From positions 1-64,000 of the IMG/VR virus record IMGVR_UViG_3300032516_000013: 64,000 nt of DNA. One strand, given 5' to 3'. Origin of the DNA: a virus. The translations under genes and the position numbers were made by a program. The notes under the pieces are model-generated. The model searched no databases. It was not told where the DNA came from and was given only the letters and a program-made list of their open reading frames with translations. Positions 27,230 to 37,421 of the stretch are shown here, in pieces (within the stretch, counting starts at the first letter, position 1; each line of letters begins with the position of its first letter).

Positions 27230-29968
27230 CTAACCACCAAATCGTTTAAACATTCGACCCACAGCTTCATCGGCATCATTCTGCTCTGAGTCCACAGTTG
27301 CCTCCTGGATTTGTACTTTGGTTAGCGGCTTAGAATGAAGTGCACTCCTTCTCGCAATCCCTACAAGTCTTTCCATTAGGCTATCCACTTCTTGCAAATC
27401 TTGAATTTTCTCGAGAAGTGCCCGAGTGTTTTCATCTGTTTGCAATCTATGTTCATTAAGTTTAATTTCAAAATATTCTTTTACTAATTGTTTACGTCCT
27501 TCTTGAATAGCATCGTTTGCTATTTTTGTTAACTCTTCTTGATGAGCAGCATGAAGAACGTCTAATTTCTTTTGGTTGGATAAAGATTCTTCCAACTTCT
27601 GATTTACATCATTTACTTCCTTTGCTTTCTTTTCTAACAAAGAACGGACTCCTTTTAGTTCGGCTTCCGCTTGGGTTAACTTTAGAAGTGCCTCAGTTAG
27701 CTTTGATTGTAAGATCTTAGAAACAATAGAAACATCTCCCGCTTTATCCAAATGCTCCAGAGAGACTTCAAGTTCTGCTTTAGAAGTTGCTTCAGAAACT
27801 TTAAGATCAATTAACTCATCAGAAAGTTTTTTGACTGGATTTTTAGATTCCTTTTTAATAGGTTCAGGTTCTGTAGCTTTATCCCACAAATCATTTAATT
27901 GACGCAATTTTTCAATATCTGTTAAATCGCTATCAATTATTCTTTTTCTTTCAGCATTAAGTTCAGTCACAGTCCATTGTTTTTGTTTTTCATTAACCTT
28001 AGTCTCTGTCAAATCCTTAAACTCAATATCCCAACTTCCTGCGTATTGCTTGCCTTGAGTAACAGCTGCTTCCTTTTCATCTAAACCATATTTAGTTAAA
28101 ATACGTTCTGGACCTTTCCCTTTAAGAACAACAACATAACCATCATCGTGTTCCTGAACTACAACAACTACTCCTTTTTGTTTGAGGAAGTTTCGTTCAT
28201 TAGTTTTGGATTCGTTTGCTGGTCTTCCATATCCACATACTGGACAGTATTGCTCCTTCTTGTCCTGATCCATTATTAATTCTTCACCACATTTTGGACA
28301 AACGTCCTCTGCTGGAACTAAATTCTCATTTACTTTAGATTCCTTTTTAGCAGATCCTGAAGCAACTTTATCCAAAATAACATCTTCACCTGTCTTTTTA
28401 TCAATATAACGCTCGCCATCTCTCTTTACTTCATGCTCTGGAATTCCGGTACGGCTTCCAGAAACAATTTTGTAAACATTTATAGCTTCCGTTTCCTTCA
28501 TTTGAGATTCTCCAACCATTGCCAACATAGCTTGCTTCGAAGCTTCCTCAAAGGAACCATATTTTCCTAAATGATCTCCTTTATGATAAAGATTAAAGGA
28601 TTTACTTCCCTTTAAATTATCGTGAGAAACTATAACCCAATCAAGATCAGTTGACAATTCCCAAAATGATTTTTCAGAATCACTTTTTCCTATAGATTTT
28701 TTCCAAGTTTCTTTTAATTCTGATTCAGAAACCTTTTCCAAACCCAGCCCATCAACATTTCCCCAATCAACAGTTTTTACGTTTGCTTCTCCCACATCAG
28801 TTTGACCTTCTCCACTAATAGGTTCTAAATGAAGACTCAATGAATCAGAATCAGAAACCGTCCAAAGCTTTCCATCTTTATCTTTTAACAAATTTCCTTT
28901 TTGGAATCCATGATCTTCTGTAATTTTTGATTCTTTAACTTCAGCATATGCTTCTTTTGCTTGAGGAAGAAGAATATACTTCAAATAAACTGCTTCTATT
29001 TCCCCAAGATCTAAACCTTCAGGATCTTCGACTCCCACATCTTCTAAGGATTCAAACTTACTAAGTTGATCAATCATATCTCCGTTTTCTGGGAATTCAT
29101 TAGGAATAGTCTTATTTGTTATTGCCCAATTAAGGATCTTCTGATCTTCTGGATTTATGCCTGGAATTTCTCCTATTAATTCTTGAACAGATTCTTTTAC
29201 ATTTTTAGATTCTTCAAGTTTAGCAATTTTCCTTTGATGTTGTTCAGGAACACCTAATTCCATCTCACTCACTAAATTCCGAACTTTGCACTTCCCAGTA
29301 CCACATCTACATTCTTTGCATTGAACAGATTCCAAAATCCTAGAAGCAAATTTCTTTTCAACAAGATTCATCTTGCCTTCTTTAACCAACGCAGAAACTG
29401 TTTCTACAACATTTCTTTCGATTTTTTGAGGCTCAACTCCGTCAGTAGAAGGATCTGCGGTAAAGTCGGTAGTCACAAAGTGATAAGTATCAGACACTAC
29501 TTTTTGACATTTCTTCTTTTTACCATCAGCTTCATCTATTTCAAATTCCTCAAGATCTCCTTCAGCACGAGTTGAAACTCCCACTTTACAACCTGCCCGC
29601 AATAAAGTTTCCAAAATACGACCGGTAGGGGTATCTAAAATCTCCATTTTCTGATAAACTTTGTTATCACTTTCATCAATCCACATCTTTGTTATAATAT
29701 GTGAAGTTAGTTGAAGATCGCTTTGTGTTTCTGCTGGATGTTCCCCCTGTCCAAAAAGTGTCCTATCCGCTATTTTCTGCTGAATATTTTCGTCTGCTAA
29801 AACCTTCTCCCAAACATCAGATTCATAAATTCTGTTGTTTGCATTCACCTTTCCTATATTACAAATATTGTATGTTACGCAAGAAAGAACACCTTCAGGG
29901 AGTTTAACTTTTGTAACATCTTCAATTATAGGAGCAGAAGTAATAGTCTCATTGAGTTTCATTTCCAA
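27230..29968 (-). CDS. Prohead protease (gp21-like) fused to linker-separated modules and a C-terminal coiled-coil scaffold
   Basis: NANNRIY, GQGEHP, LDTPTG, GVSTRAEG and DFTADPS in the first ~180 aa; ESK-type linkers in the middle; long coiled coil at the end. Confidence 0.88.
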   Translation of the reverse strand: MEMKLNETITSAPIIEDVTKVKLPEGVLSCVTYNICNIGKVNANNRIYESDVWEKVLADENIQQKIADRTLFGQGEHPAETQSDLQLTSHIITKMWIDESDNKVYQKMEILDTPTGRILETLLRAGCKVGVSTRAEGDLEEFEIDEADGKKKKCQKVVSDTYHFVTTDFTADPSTDGVEPQKIERNVVETVSALVKEGKMNLVEKKFASRILESVQCKECRCGTGKCKVRNLVSEMELGVPEQHQRKIAKLEESKNVKESVQELIGEIPGINPEDQKILNWAITNKTIPNEFPENGDMIDQLSKFESLEDVGVEDPEGLDLGEIEAVYLKYILLPQAKEAYAEVKESKITEDHGFQKGNLLKDKDGKLWTVSDSDSLSLHLEPISGEGQTDVGEANVKTVDWGNVDGLGLEKVSESELKETWKKSIGKSDSEKSFWELSTDLDWVIVSHDNLKGSKSFNLYHKGDHLGKYGSFEEASKQAMLAMVGESQMKETEAINVYKIVSGSRTGIPEHEVKRDGERYIDKKTGEDVILDKVASGSAKKESKVNENLVPAEDVCPKCGEELIMDQDKKEQYCPVCGYGRPANESKTNERNFLKQKGVVVVVQEHDDGYVVVLKGKGPERILTKYGLDEKEAAVTQGKQYAGSWDIEFKDLTETKVNEKQKQWTVTELNAERKRIIDSDLTDIEKLRQLNDLWDKATEPEPIKKESKNPVKKLSDELIDLKVSEATSKAELEVSLEHLDKAGDVSIVSKILQSKLTEALLKLTQAEAELKGVRSLLEKKAKEVNDVNQKLEESLSNQKKLDVLHAAHQEELTKIANDAIQEGRKQLVKEYFEIKLNEHRLQTDENTRALLEKIQDLQEVDSLMERLVGIARRSALHSKPLTKVQIQEATVDSEQNDADEAVGRMFKRFGG

Positions 29969-29996
29969 TCCTCAACTAAGTTTAATCATATTTCTC

Positions 29997-32900
29997 TTAA
30001 AGTTTGTAAACTTGATACAAATCATCTCCATACCAAGCTTGCTCTGCTTCAGAAGCCTTACCTGTTATCTCAACACCCTTCTCTTTGTTAATTGATCTTA
30101 CAGTTGCTTCCTCAACAATAACCTTCAAATCTCTCTTTAGAACTATCTGAACTACGTCACCTTCCTTGATCTCTTCATCCTCTGTAACTTCACTAGATAA
30201 ACCAAGAATTCTCTCTGCCATTGCAACCGCTTTTCTACCACCAAAAGCATCATCTTTTTTATCAGGCTTCACAAATTTACCTTCTAACAAACCATTATCC
30301 TTTGCATATTGATAAGCAGACTTATGCCAATCCTTTGCATCTAAGAAACCATCCTCCACTGCTTCCCAAACATCCTCATCATTCCATTCTTTAATAGTCT
30401 CGTTGGCTTTCTTATTGATAAGTTCAATATGAGCTCTATCTCGTTCAAACCAAGTATCAATCTCAGTGTCTTCAATAGTTATTTCTTCAAGAATTTTCTG
30501 AGATTCTTTTGCAGATTCCTTTTTTGCTTCTTGACATACTCCTCCAGACACTTTCTTAGCACTTAAAACTTTGACGCCCGGCTTTTTAGAAAGCATTCTC
30601 TTTGCTTCTTCTTCATCCAAAGCTTCTACTCTTGTATGTGTTTTCTTTCCATCCTTTTCGTATTCTACTTCATAGACTTCTTTAGTAAAGCCTACATCTT
30701 CACCACGAGCTTCGTTGGTTTTAGATTCAACAATAAAAGTTTCCTCTCCCCTATCTTTTAATTTTTTATCATATTTTAACATCAAATTCTTTAACTCATT
30801 TTCCGGAACTTCATCTGCTGTTCGACAATGATGTTTCTTCAACAAAGATTTCACTTCAGCATTCCATCCTTTGGAAAACTCTTCATCTTCAGAAAGAGTT
30901 TCATCCATATCTGGAAATATCTGATATATATTTTGTTCATGTTTCTCATTTGTTTTAGATTCAAATGGTAGTTTCTCCTCACCAGCAGCAACTTCTACTT
31001 CCTCTTCCTCCGGCTTCACTGCTTGTTCAGCAGCTTCCTCTTCTGGAGTTTCCATTTCCTCATGACCAAGTTCTCCTTCAGAAGGAACAGCTAATTCCTC
31101 TGGAGTAAGTGAAGCAGTTATAGGAGGTTCGGGTGGAGCAGGTATAACCGTTACAACACCATCATTACCAATATTAACTGCAGTATTACCATTTATGTTT
31201 ACACTAACAGAAGCACCAGCTTCATCACCAACTGTTAAAGAAATATTTGCTTCAGTAATCTTTGTAATTACAGCCGTCTTATCTTTATATTTAACTACTG
31301 TACCTTCTTGAAGCTTGCCTTCCTTTACAGCATTCTTGATTATAAGTTTGGATTCCTTAGTAATGCATTCTGCATAATCTTTACCAGATTTCTTAAGAAC
31401 ACTCTTACAAATATTTGCAACATCTTCAAGTTCAACGCCTTCTTCTCCTGCCCAAACTTGAAGAACTAATCTACAAATATTTTCTAAAGTTGGTTCCTTA
31501 CCACCTAAAAGATCCTCATTCATTTTAGATTCCTCAACTTTACCAGAACCAATTAGTTCAGCATATTCTCCATCATCCAAATGCTTAAGAGTTTCTAAAG
31601 CAAGTTCCTGCACACCTTCATTAGTCAATTTACCAGAATCATCACTTCCAAACAACTTAGCAAAATCCGGTTGGAAATGAAAATCTCGCTTATTGATTTG
31701 GAGAGTTACTTCTTTATCGCTTCCCTCATCCATAATCTGGACGCTAAAGGAATTACCTTTATCGTCCTTGACTTGAGTTGTTTCTGAAAGTGTATCTTCT
31801 TTTACTTCTTTTTCTTTCTTCATTTTCTTAGATCCACATTTTTCAGATGTTTCTACGTCTTTTATATCTTCATCCTTTTCAACTCCACCACACTTCTCAA
31901 ACGGCCAATGAGCCTTCTTACATTTAAAACACGTAGGTGCTGTTTTTTCATCTACAGATTCCTTCTCTTCTGTATCCTTTTCATCTTTGGCTTTTGCATC
32001 ACGATTCATTTTCTTGGACGCTTTAGCAGCGTCTGCGGCGTCATCTGCAACGTCTTCTAATGCTCTAGCAGCTTCTTCATAGTCCTTTACTTTCAATGCG
32101 TTAGAAGCGGCCCTAACTGCTGTTTTTAAGGATCTCATATAATCAATACCCATTTTGGCTTCATTGGTTTGTATTTTTGATTCCCCAAAATATCCTTTAG
32201 CTTTTTCTCTGCTAGAAACATGGACAAGAACTCCTGCACCTTTATTTTCTGGATCTGGAATTGCTTCAATTCCTTCTTTTTTCAGATCAGCAAGAATTTC
32301 TTTTCTTCTATCTGGGTCCCAAACGGTATATGGAACCCATTCTCTGTCTTTATATATTACAGTATCTTTCTTCTCTTTCATTTTAGATTCCTCAACTTCT
32401 ACATCCGCTTTTTCCAATTCAACTTTAAGAATCTCTCCACTTCTCCACTTAGCCTGGAATCGACGTCTTGCTTCATTTTCATCTCTTCCATAATATCCAG
32501 CGACATGTTTTTGACCTTTGCCTTTGTTACTTTCTTCTCGTTTATTTCTCCAAGTAATGGTATACATATTGGTCTTATATTCTTGAACCTTCTTTGATTC
32601 TAAAGGTTTTTCTTTCTTAGATTTTTCTTCTCCAGGAACTTCTTCCTTAGAAACATCTTCTGGTTCTTCCAAACCCAATTCTTCTTCTGTATCTTCTTCC
32701 TCTTCAGCTTCTATTTCTTCTTTAGCCGGAGGCACAAGATATTGTAAAACCACGCTACGCTCAATCTGAGCAATATCAATTTCATCAATAGCTGCTAAAA
32801 TAAACTGAGCAACATTTGTAGTATCTATTTCATGCTCTTTAGCTGAATAAACTTTATTGCCTTCTTGATCATCTATTTTAAGATCTTCGATTTCACCTTG

Positions 32901-33518
32901 ATCATTTTTGTCAACAACTACATAATAATGCATATCGTCTTTACGACCTAAATAAAGCTTGTCGAAATCAGGTGTAGCTGCTTCTTCTGGTACTTCAGGA
33001 ACATCTAAATCCTCTTCCTCTGGAGGAAGTTCATCATCTCCTATAGGATTTTCAGGAGGAATATCATCACCAATCTCATTAATTTTATTCTCGTATTTCA
33101 TAAGATTAGAATGTTTCTGAAGACAAGATTCAACTTCTTTAAGACGGTTGGTTAATAATTCAAGAGCATCTGGTTCCCATTCTCTAGAAGAAATGCCCTT
33201 CTCTATACTAGATTTTAGATTTCTTAATCCTTCTACAAACATGTGTTCAGGATTTGCTGTACCAACCAAAAATTTGGCAGCTTCAATATCTCCGGCTCTC
33301 TCGATTAGTTTGGATTCTTTTGTTTCCTTCCCAGTGTCAACATCAATATCAACACCATTACATTTTGGGCATCTCATTTCAGTACTAGGATTCTTCCTAT
33401 TAAATCTATAACCACATTCCTGACATTGCCAGTCTTTCATATCTTCCTGAAGTTTAGAATCTTCTTCCGACAGAAGCTGATCCTTATTCTCAATCATTTC
33501 CCGCATTATATCTTCCAT
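29997..33518 (-). CDS. Large acidic prohead core/internal polyprotein
   Basis: Very Glu/Lys-rich; about a dozen ESK-h-x-E-type motifs; Zn ribbons (CQEC...CPKC, CFKC); adjacent to the protease gene. Confidence 0.7.
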   Translation of the reverse strand: MEDIMREMIENKDQLLSEEDSKLQEDMKDWQCQECGYRFNRKNPSTEMRCPKCNGVDIDVDTGKETKESKLIERAGDIEAAKFLVGTANPEHMFVEGLRNLKSSIEKGISSREWEPDALELLTNRLKEVESCLQKHSNLMKYENKINEIGDDIPPENPIGDDELPPEEEDLDVPEVPEEAATPDFDKLYLGRKDDMHYYVVVDKNDQGEIEDLKIDDQEGNKVYSAKEHEIDTTNVAQFILAAIDEIDIAQIERSVVLQYLVPPAKEEIEAEEEEDTEEELGLEEPEDVSKEEVPGEEKSKKEKPLESKKVQEYKTNMYTITWRNKREESNKGKGQKHVAGYYGRDENEARRRFQAKWRSGEILKVELEKADVEVEESKMKEKKDTVIYKDREWVPYTVWDPDRRKEILADLKKEGIEAIPDPENKGAGVLVHVSSREKAKGYFGESKIQTNEAKMGIDYMRSLKTAVRAASNALKVKDYEEAARALEDVADDAADAAKASKKMNRDAKAKDEKDTEEKESVDEKTAPTCFKCKKAHWPFEKCGGVEKDEDIKDVETSEKCGSKKMKKEKEVKEDTLSETTQVKDDKGNSFSVQIMDEGSDKEVTLQINKRDFHFQPDFAKLFGSDDSGKLTNEGVQELALETLKHLDDGEYAELIGSGKVEESKMNEDLLGGKEPTLENICRLVLQVWAGEEGVELEDVANICKSVLKKSGKDYAECITKESKLIIKNAVKEGKLQEGTVVKYKDKTAVITKITEANISLTVGDEAGASVSVNINGNTAVNIGNDGVVTVIPAPPEPPITASLTPEELAVPSEGELGHEEMETPEEEAAEQAVKPEEEEVEVAAGEEKLPFESKTNEKHEQNIYQIFPDMDETLSEDEEFSKGWNAEVKSLLKKHHCRTADEVPENELKNLMLKYDKKLKDRGEETFIVESKTNEARGEDVGFTKEVYEVEYEKDGKKTHTRVEALDEEEAKRMLSKKPGVKVLSAKKVSGGVCQEAKKESAKESQKILEEITIEDTEIDTWFERDRAHIELINKKANETIKEWNDEDVWEAVEDGFLDAKDWHKSAYQYAKDNGLLEGKFVKPDKKDDAFGGRKAVAMAERILGLSSEVTEDEEIKEGDVVQIVLKRDLKVIVEEATVRSINKEKGVEITGKASEAEQAWYGDDLYQVYKL

Positions 33519-33526
33519 GTATTCTC

Positions 33527-33850
33527 CTAGAATCCAAAAATATCCCCTACTACGGTCTCATATGAATTTTCCACATCATCGGTATTAGCTGGATTACTTC
33601 CAGCCTGATGATAAATAGCAACTTCGTGAGTGGCGGCAGGAAAACCAGCTGGAATTAAAACAGGAAATTGACCAGTCGTTCCCTTTTCTACTAATATAAT
33701 AACCGAATCAGCCCAAGTGGTTGAATGGGAAAATGCTAATGCAACATTATCCCAAACCATTCCATCTCCTCGACGGATTATTCTATAATAGTAAGTGTTG
33801 CCTGTATGTCCCAAAGCATCCATAAAAATGCGATCAATATAAATATCCAT
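33527..33850 (-). CDS. Putative virion Ig-like small protein
   Basis: Beta-rich; E.GTTGQF...P pattern shared with neighbours. Confidence 0.5.
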   Translation of the reverse strand: MDIYIDRIFMDALGHTGNTYYYRIIRRGDGMVWDNVALAFSHSTTWADSVIILVEKGTTGQFPVLIPAGFPAATHEVAIYHQAGSNPANTDDVENSYETVVGDIFGF

Positions 33851-33869
33851 GTTAATCCCCCTTGATTAT

Positions 33870-34358
33870 TTATTTCTTCCCTAATTTTGCTTCTCTCATC
33901 TTTGCTTTAGTCTCTTCCGACCTAGGTTTTCTCAATTTCTGCTTGTGCTCTTCCGACTTAGGCTTCCCTAAATGAGATTCTCGTATTTTTTCAATAGTTT
34001 CCGCAGACATAGGGCCACGTTTCTTCCCTAAATGAGATTCTCGTAATTTTTCAATAGTCTCATCAGAACATATCTTTCCCCCCTGTCCACCAGAATTAAG
34101 ATTATATCCATTAGGCCATTGAGTGTTTAATTCAACAATATATGCTTGTTCAAGTTCGTACGCTTCTTCATAGCTGTCGGCTGCGTCGAGAATATCAAAA
34201 TCAAAATCATGCTTTCTTAACTTGTTTCCAATAAGAGAATTATTTTTTATGTGTTCATAAAATCTCTTCTCCGGATCTTTAGAAACACCAATGTAAGAAA
34301 ATCCTTTTTCTAAATGGTTCTCATCAATATTAGTATAGATATAGATGTAGATCTTCAT
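33870..34358 (-). CDS. GIY-YIG homing endonuclease with NUMOD3 repeats
   Basis: YIY...YIG, R..EH, NGYNL, repeated S.ET.EKxRESHLGK. Confidence 0.88.
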   Translation of the reverse strand: MKIYIYIYTNIDENHLEKGFSYIGVSKDPEKRFYEHIKNNSLIGNKLRKHDFDFDILDAADSYEEAYELEQAYIVELNTQWPNGYNLNSGGQGGKICSDETIEKLRESHLGKKRGPMSAETIEKIRESHLGKPKSEEHKQKLRKPRSEETKAKMREAKLGKK

Positions 34359-34564
34359 TTCTCTCTACGTTTTGCTCCATACTGTCGGAACAGTATCAGG
34401 ATTATTCCGCCACATAATGATAAGAATGCTGTGAACAAGGCCAGAGTATAAATTGTGTGATGGTGAAGATGATTTGTCATCATGGTTTGGAACATATCTA
34501 TTTTTGTAATAATTTGTATTAATAAATCATGATCAGTTTCAATAAGAGATAAGATGTTAAACAT
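34355..34564 (-). CDS. Small membrane protein
   Basis: Single C-terminal TM helix after NHLHHH. Confidence 0.5.
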   Translation of the reverse strand: MFNILSLIETDHDLLIQIITKIDMFQTMMTNHLHHHTIYTLALFTAFLSLCGGIILILFRQYGAKRREK

Positions 34565-34566
34565 GT

Positions 34567-34815
34567 TTAATCCCCAGATTCTTTCAATTGTTTAATCAAT
34601 TCTTCCTTCTCTCGACGATTCGCTTCCGTATCAAAAAGTAAGTAGCGGACATTGACACGAATAACTGCTAGTGTGTCCATTAAGGTTTTAAAAGAAACAT
34701 CCGGAGGACTATCTGTAAAATTAACATTTTTATTTACAATAGTGATTATCTCAGCTGCTTCTTTTTCTGCCTCTTGCAACTTATTTCGCTCTTCTTGATT
34801 CATGGTAAAACTCAC
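34567..34815 (-). CDS. Hypothetical protein
   Basis: RV.V.YLLFD.EA.RRE helical motif; tightly packed. Confidence 0.55.
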   Translation of the reverse strand: MSFTMNQEERNKLQEAEKEAAEIITIVNKNVNFTDSPPDVSFKTLMDTLAVIRVNVRYLLFDTEANRREKEELIKQLKESGD

Positions 34816-34840
34816 ACAATCAATAAATTCTCATTTACAA

Positions 34841-35149
34841 TTATCCATTCAACAAATTTCCTGAACGTCTTTTAACTTCGGATGGAATTCTTTTGGTATT
34901 ATAAGCTTGAACTGCTGTCTCCACATCATTCTCAGAAAACACAGCTATCCATATCCCTTCCATATAGAAATTAATCTCAGTGAAATAAATCCTTCCTACT
35001 TCTGAAACTTTTTCAAATGTTGGAAGATTCACAACCTCTGAATTAGGATAATTGGGATCTAGAATCTTTGCTGTTATTATTAAATCATCAGTATCTTTCA
35101 CTGCCTTATAATAGATTCTTTGAATCCCCGGAGGATATAATTCAGCCAC
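34841..35149 (-). CDS. Putative virion Ig-like small protein
   Basis: GRIYF......EGIW pattern related to neighbours. Confidence 0.5.
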   Translation of the reverse strand: MAELYPPGIQRIYYKAVKDTDDLIITAKILDPNYPNSEVVNLPTFEKVSEVGRIYFTEINFYMEGIWIAVFSENDVETAVQAYNTKRIPSEVKRRSGNLLNG

Positions 35150-35190
35150 ATTATTTTACCTCTTAACTCTTAAGATTAACCAAATAATTT

Positions 35191-35877
35191 CTAGAAGGCC
35201 ATTGCCGGAGTATCAAGTCCACCCACAGCAATAGCTATATTATCAACTGCAGTCTGTACATTACCAACAGCAACAGCAGTAGCAAGACCAGCAGCAGTTA
35301 TTGCTGCAGCAGCGGCTGACTGAACTTGAACCTCACTAAGATTATTAAGAGCATTAATTAAATTAGCTAAAGCGGTTTGTGTGTCAGTTACATTGGTAGC
35401 AGTAGCTAAATTAGCAGCAGTGATTGCTGCAGCGGCAGCGGTCTGAACACCCCCAGCATCAATGTTATTAAGGGCGGCAATAGCATCTGTAATTGCACCT
35501 TGAGCTGTGGTAACATCGCCACTTGTAGCAACATCACCAAGAGCAGTAAGAGAAGATTGTACAGCCTCTACTGCTACACCAATATCGTTTAGATTATAAT
35601 TACCTACGGAGTAAGCTTTGATGACCTGACCTTCTTTACTAAGAGCACCAGCCTTGTGTATAATAACCTGCCAAGTTCCAACAGCATTAGGAGTAAAACT
35701 ACCGCGATATGTACCTGTGTCTGCTACCTCAACCAATTCAACATTAGGAAAAAATGAATTCTTTGTCTTGTTGGGTAAATAAATCTCAGCCACAACTTCA
35801 AGTAAACCTGTTGCCGCATTTGGTGCCTGATAACCAATTTCGATCGCTTCATTTATTTTAAATAATTTGTCTGCCAT
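35191..35877 (-). CDS. Putative virion protein: Ig-like head plus Ala-rich repeats
   Basis: GTYRGSFTPNAVGTW; VQ(T/S)AAAAAITAA.LATA occurs twice. Confidence 0.6.
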   Translation of the reverse strand: MADKLFKINEAIEIGYQAPNAATGLLEVVAEIYLPNKTKNSFFPNVELVEVADTGTYRGSFTPNAVGTWQVIIHKAGALSKEGQVIKAYSVGNYNLNDIGVAVEAVQSSLTALGDVATSGDVTTAQGAITDAIAALNNIDAGGVQTAAAAAITAANLATATNVTDTQTALANLINALNNLSEVQVQSAAAAAITAAGLATAVAVGNVQTAVDNIAIAVGGLDTPAMAF

Positions 35878-35893
35878 TTTCTGTTTCCTTTCT

Positions 35894-36199
35894 TTAAGCT
35901 ACCATAGGAAGAGTTGTTAATAAACTTTCAATACTTTTTTCAACTTCATACTGTTTTATTACTGAACTAGTTCCATCTGACTTATTAACATGCACTGTCC
36001 AAGTTCCAAGAGCATCAGGAGTAAAACTTCCTTGATATATTGAACATCCAGACAAGGGAATTTCTGTCATTGTAACATCAGGGAAATTTACTAAATCCTT
36101 AAATCCTGTTTCATCAATAATCTCCATTTTGATTACTAGACCTGCTTCTCCACCAGCAGGCTGATACTCAACTCGAACAGATTGATTTAAATGAGCCAT
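35894..36199 (-). CDS. Putative virion Ig-like small protein (paralogue of 35191..35877 N-terminus)
   Basis: IYQGSFTPDALGTW; YQP and VIK.Y.V motifs shared. Confidence 0.6.
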   Translation of the reverse strand: MAHLNQSVRVEYQPAGGEAGLVIKMEIIDETGFKDLVNFPDVTMTEIPLSGCSIYQGSFTPDALGTWTVHVNKSDGTSSVIKQYEVEKSIESLLTTLPMVA

Positions 36200-36200
36200 C

Positions 36201-36584
36201 TTAACCCTTTTGAGCAGTCTCTACATTTAATAACTTGCTGCCATATTTATTATCCCAAACATTTTGTGATATAACACTAAAATCTTGAAAAATAGGAAGT
36301 TCCCAAGTTCCTTGACGATAAGCATAAAAATATAAAGAACCTAAAACATTTACATCACTAGGTATCAACTGTAAACTATAACAACCAGCAACATTATTAA
36401 TATTTGTCCATTCTCTTGGAGATAATGTTACTGTTACACCATTTGCTTTTATCAAATGTGCATACATGCACTGACTTAACAGTGCCCCGTATATAGGAAT
36501 AAAAGGGTCTGATAGTCGTGTTATTTTAGTAAGTACGACACCTAAATTGATAATTTGAGCTGTATTATATCTTAGTTCTATCAT
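36201..36584 (-). CDS. Putative virion protein
   Basis: GCYSLQL..SD...LG.L pattern. Confidence 0.5.
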   Translation of the reverse strand: MIELRYNTAQIINLGVVLTKITRLSDPFIPIYGALLSQCMYAHLIKANGVTVTLSPREWTNINNVAGCYSLQLIPSDVNVLGSLYFYAYRQGTWELPIFQDFSVISQNVWDNKYGSKLLNVETAQKG

Positions 36585-36598
36585 TGTTTAATTAAGGA

Positions 36599-36985
36599 TT
36601 AAACTTCGTCTTCCCCAGGTTCACCTATTGGAAGTTCTTCCTCATCAGCAGCTACTTCTTCTGTTTCCTCTTCAGCAGATTCACCTGAAATAAATATAGT
36701 ATACATGTCCTCGATTCTATCGTCTTCACAACCACGAACAAAATCCAATAATGCTTTCTTCATTTCTTCAATAGATAAAATTCCGCCTTCTTCACCTAGC
36801 TCTTCTGCTTTTCTTTCCTCGGCCTCTTCATTCACATTATCCAACTGAGGATCTTTGCCTTTCATCTCAGGACCTTTATCTGGACCCTTACCAGGCTGTT
36901 GGGCTTCTTTAATCTCCTCAGGAAAATCCTTCTCTGCATTTTGAGTTTCATTCAATAACTGCCGGAAACTTTGATCCATGTTCAT
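36599..36985 (-). CDS. Acidic putative prohead core protein
   Basis: SFRQLLNE leader; extremely Glu-rich. Confidence 0.55.
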   Translation of the reverse strand: MNMDQSFRQLLNETQNAEKDFPEEIKEAQQPGKGPDKGPEMKGKDPQLDNVNEEAEERKAEELGEEGGILSIEEMKKALLDFVRGCEDDRIEDMYTIFISGESAEEETEEVAADEEELPIGEPGEDEV

Positions 36986-36986
36986 T

Positions 36987-37379
36987 TTATTCTCCCTTAA
37001 ATAGTTCGAAACTTGTTTTGTTTAATCGATTCAATAACACAGGAATCAATTTTCTATATTCTAAATTACCTTTTTCACATTCAATAATCGTATGTGTGAG
37101 AATACTGGAAATACTCTTGATATAAGTAAGATTCGATTCCCCTATTTTCTTAATTCTCTCCAATGTCTTATGAACGCTCTTACCTTTTAATTTCTCTACC
37201 AATTGACTCAGCAACTGCCCCTCAGAAGGAAGTTGCTTTAATGTTTTTCGAACAGCTGCAATATTACCTTGATCCCATTGAGCTTGAGCAGAATCCAATA
37301 TCTTCTGGTACTTAGTTCCAGAGAAATATTTGCTTGCTTCATTTAAATCAATTAATATTTGTACAGAAAGAGGATTCAT
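36987..37379 (-). CDS. Hypothetical head-region protein
   Basis: AGGAG Shine-Dalgarno upstream; LNE/A near the N-terminus. Confidence 0.6.
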   Translation of the reverse strand: MNPLSVQILIDLNEASKYFSGTKYQKILDSAQAQWDQGNIAAVRKTLKQLPSEGQLLSQLVEKLKGKSVHKTLERIKKIGESNLTYIKSISSILTHTIIECEKGNLEYRKLIPVLLNRLNKTSFELFKGE

Positions 37380-37405
37380 ATTAAATAGAGTCTCCTACTA
37401 ACAAA

Positions 37406-37415
37406 TAAATAAATG
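37406..37415 (-). promoter_or_regulatory. Candidate late-promoter element CATTTATTTA (copy 1)
   Basis: The same 10-mer lies in intergenic gaps at 41781-41790 and 48180-48189, each upstream of a structural block. Confidence 0.35.
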
Positions 37416-37421
37416 AGAATA

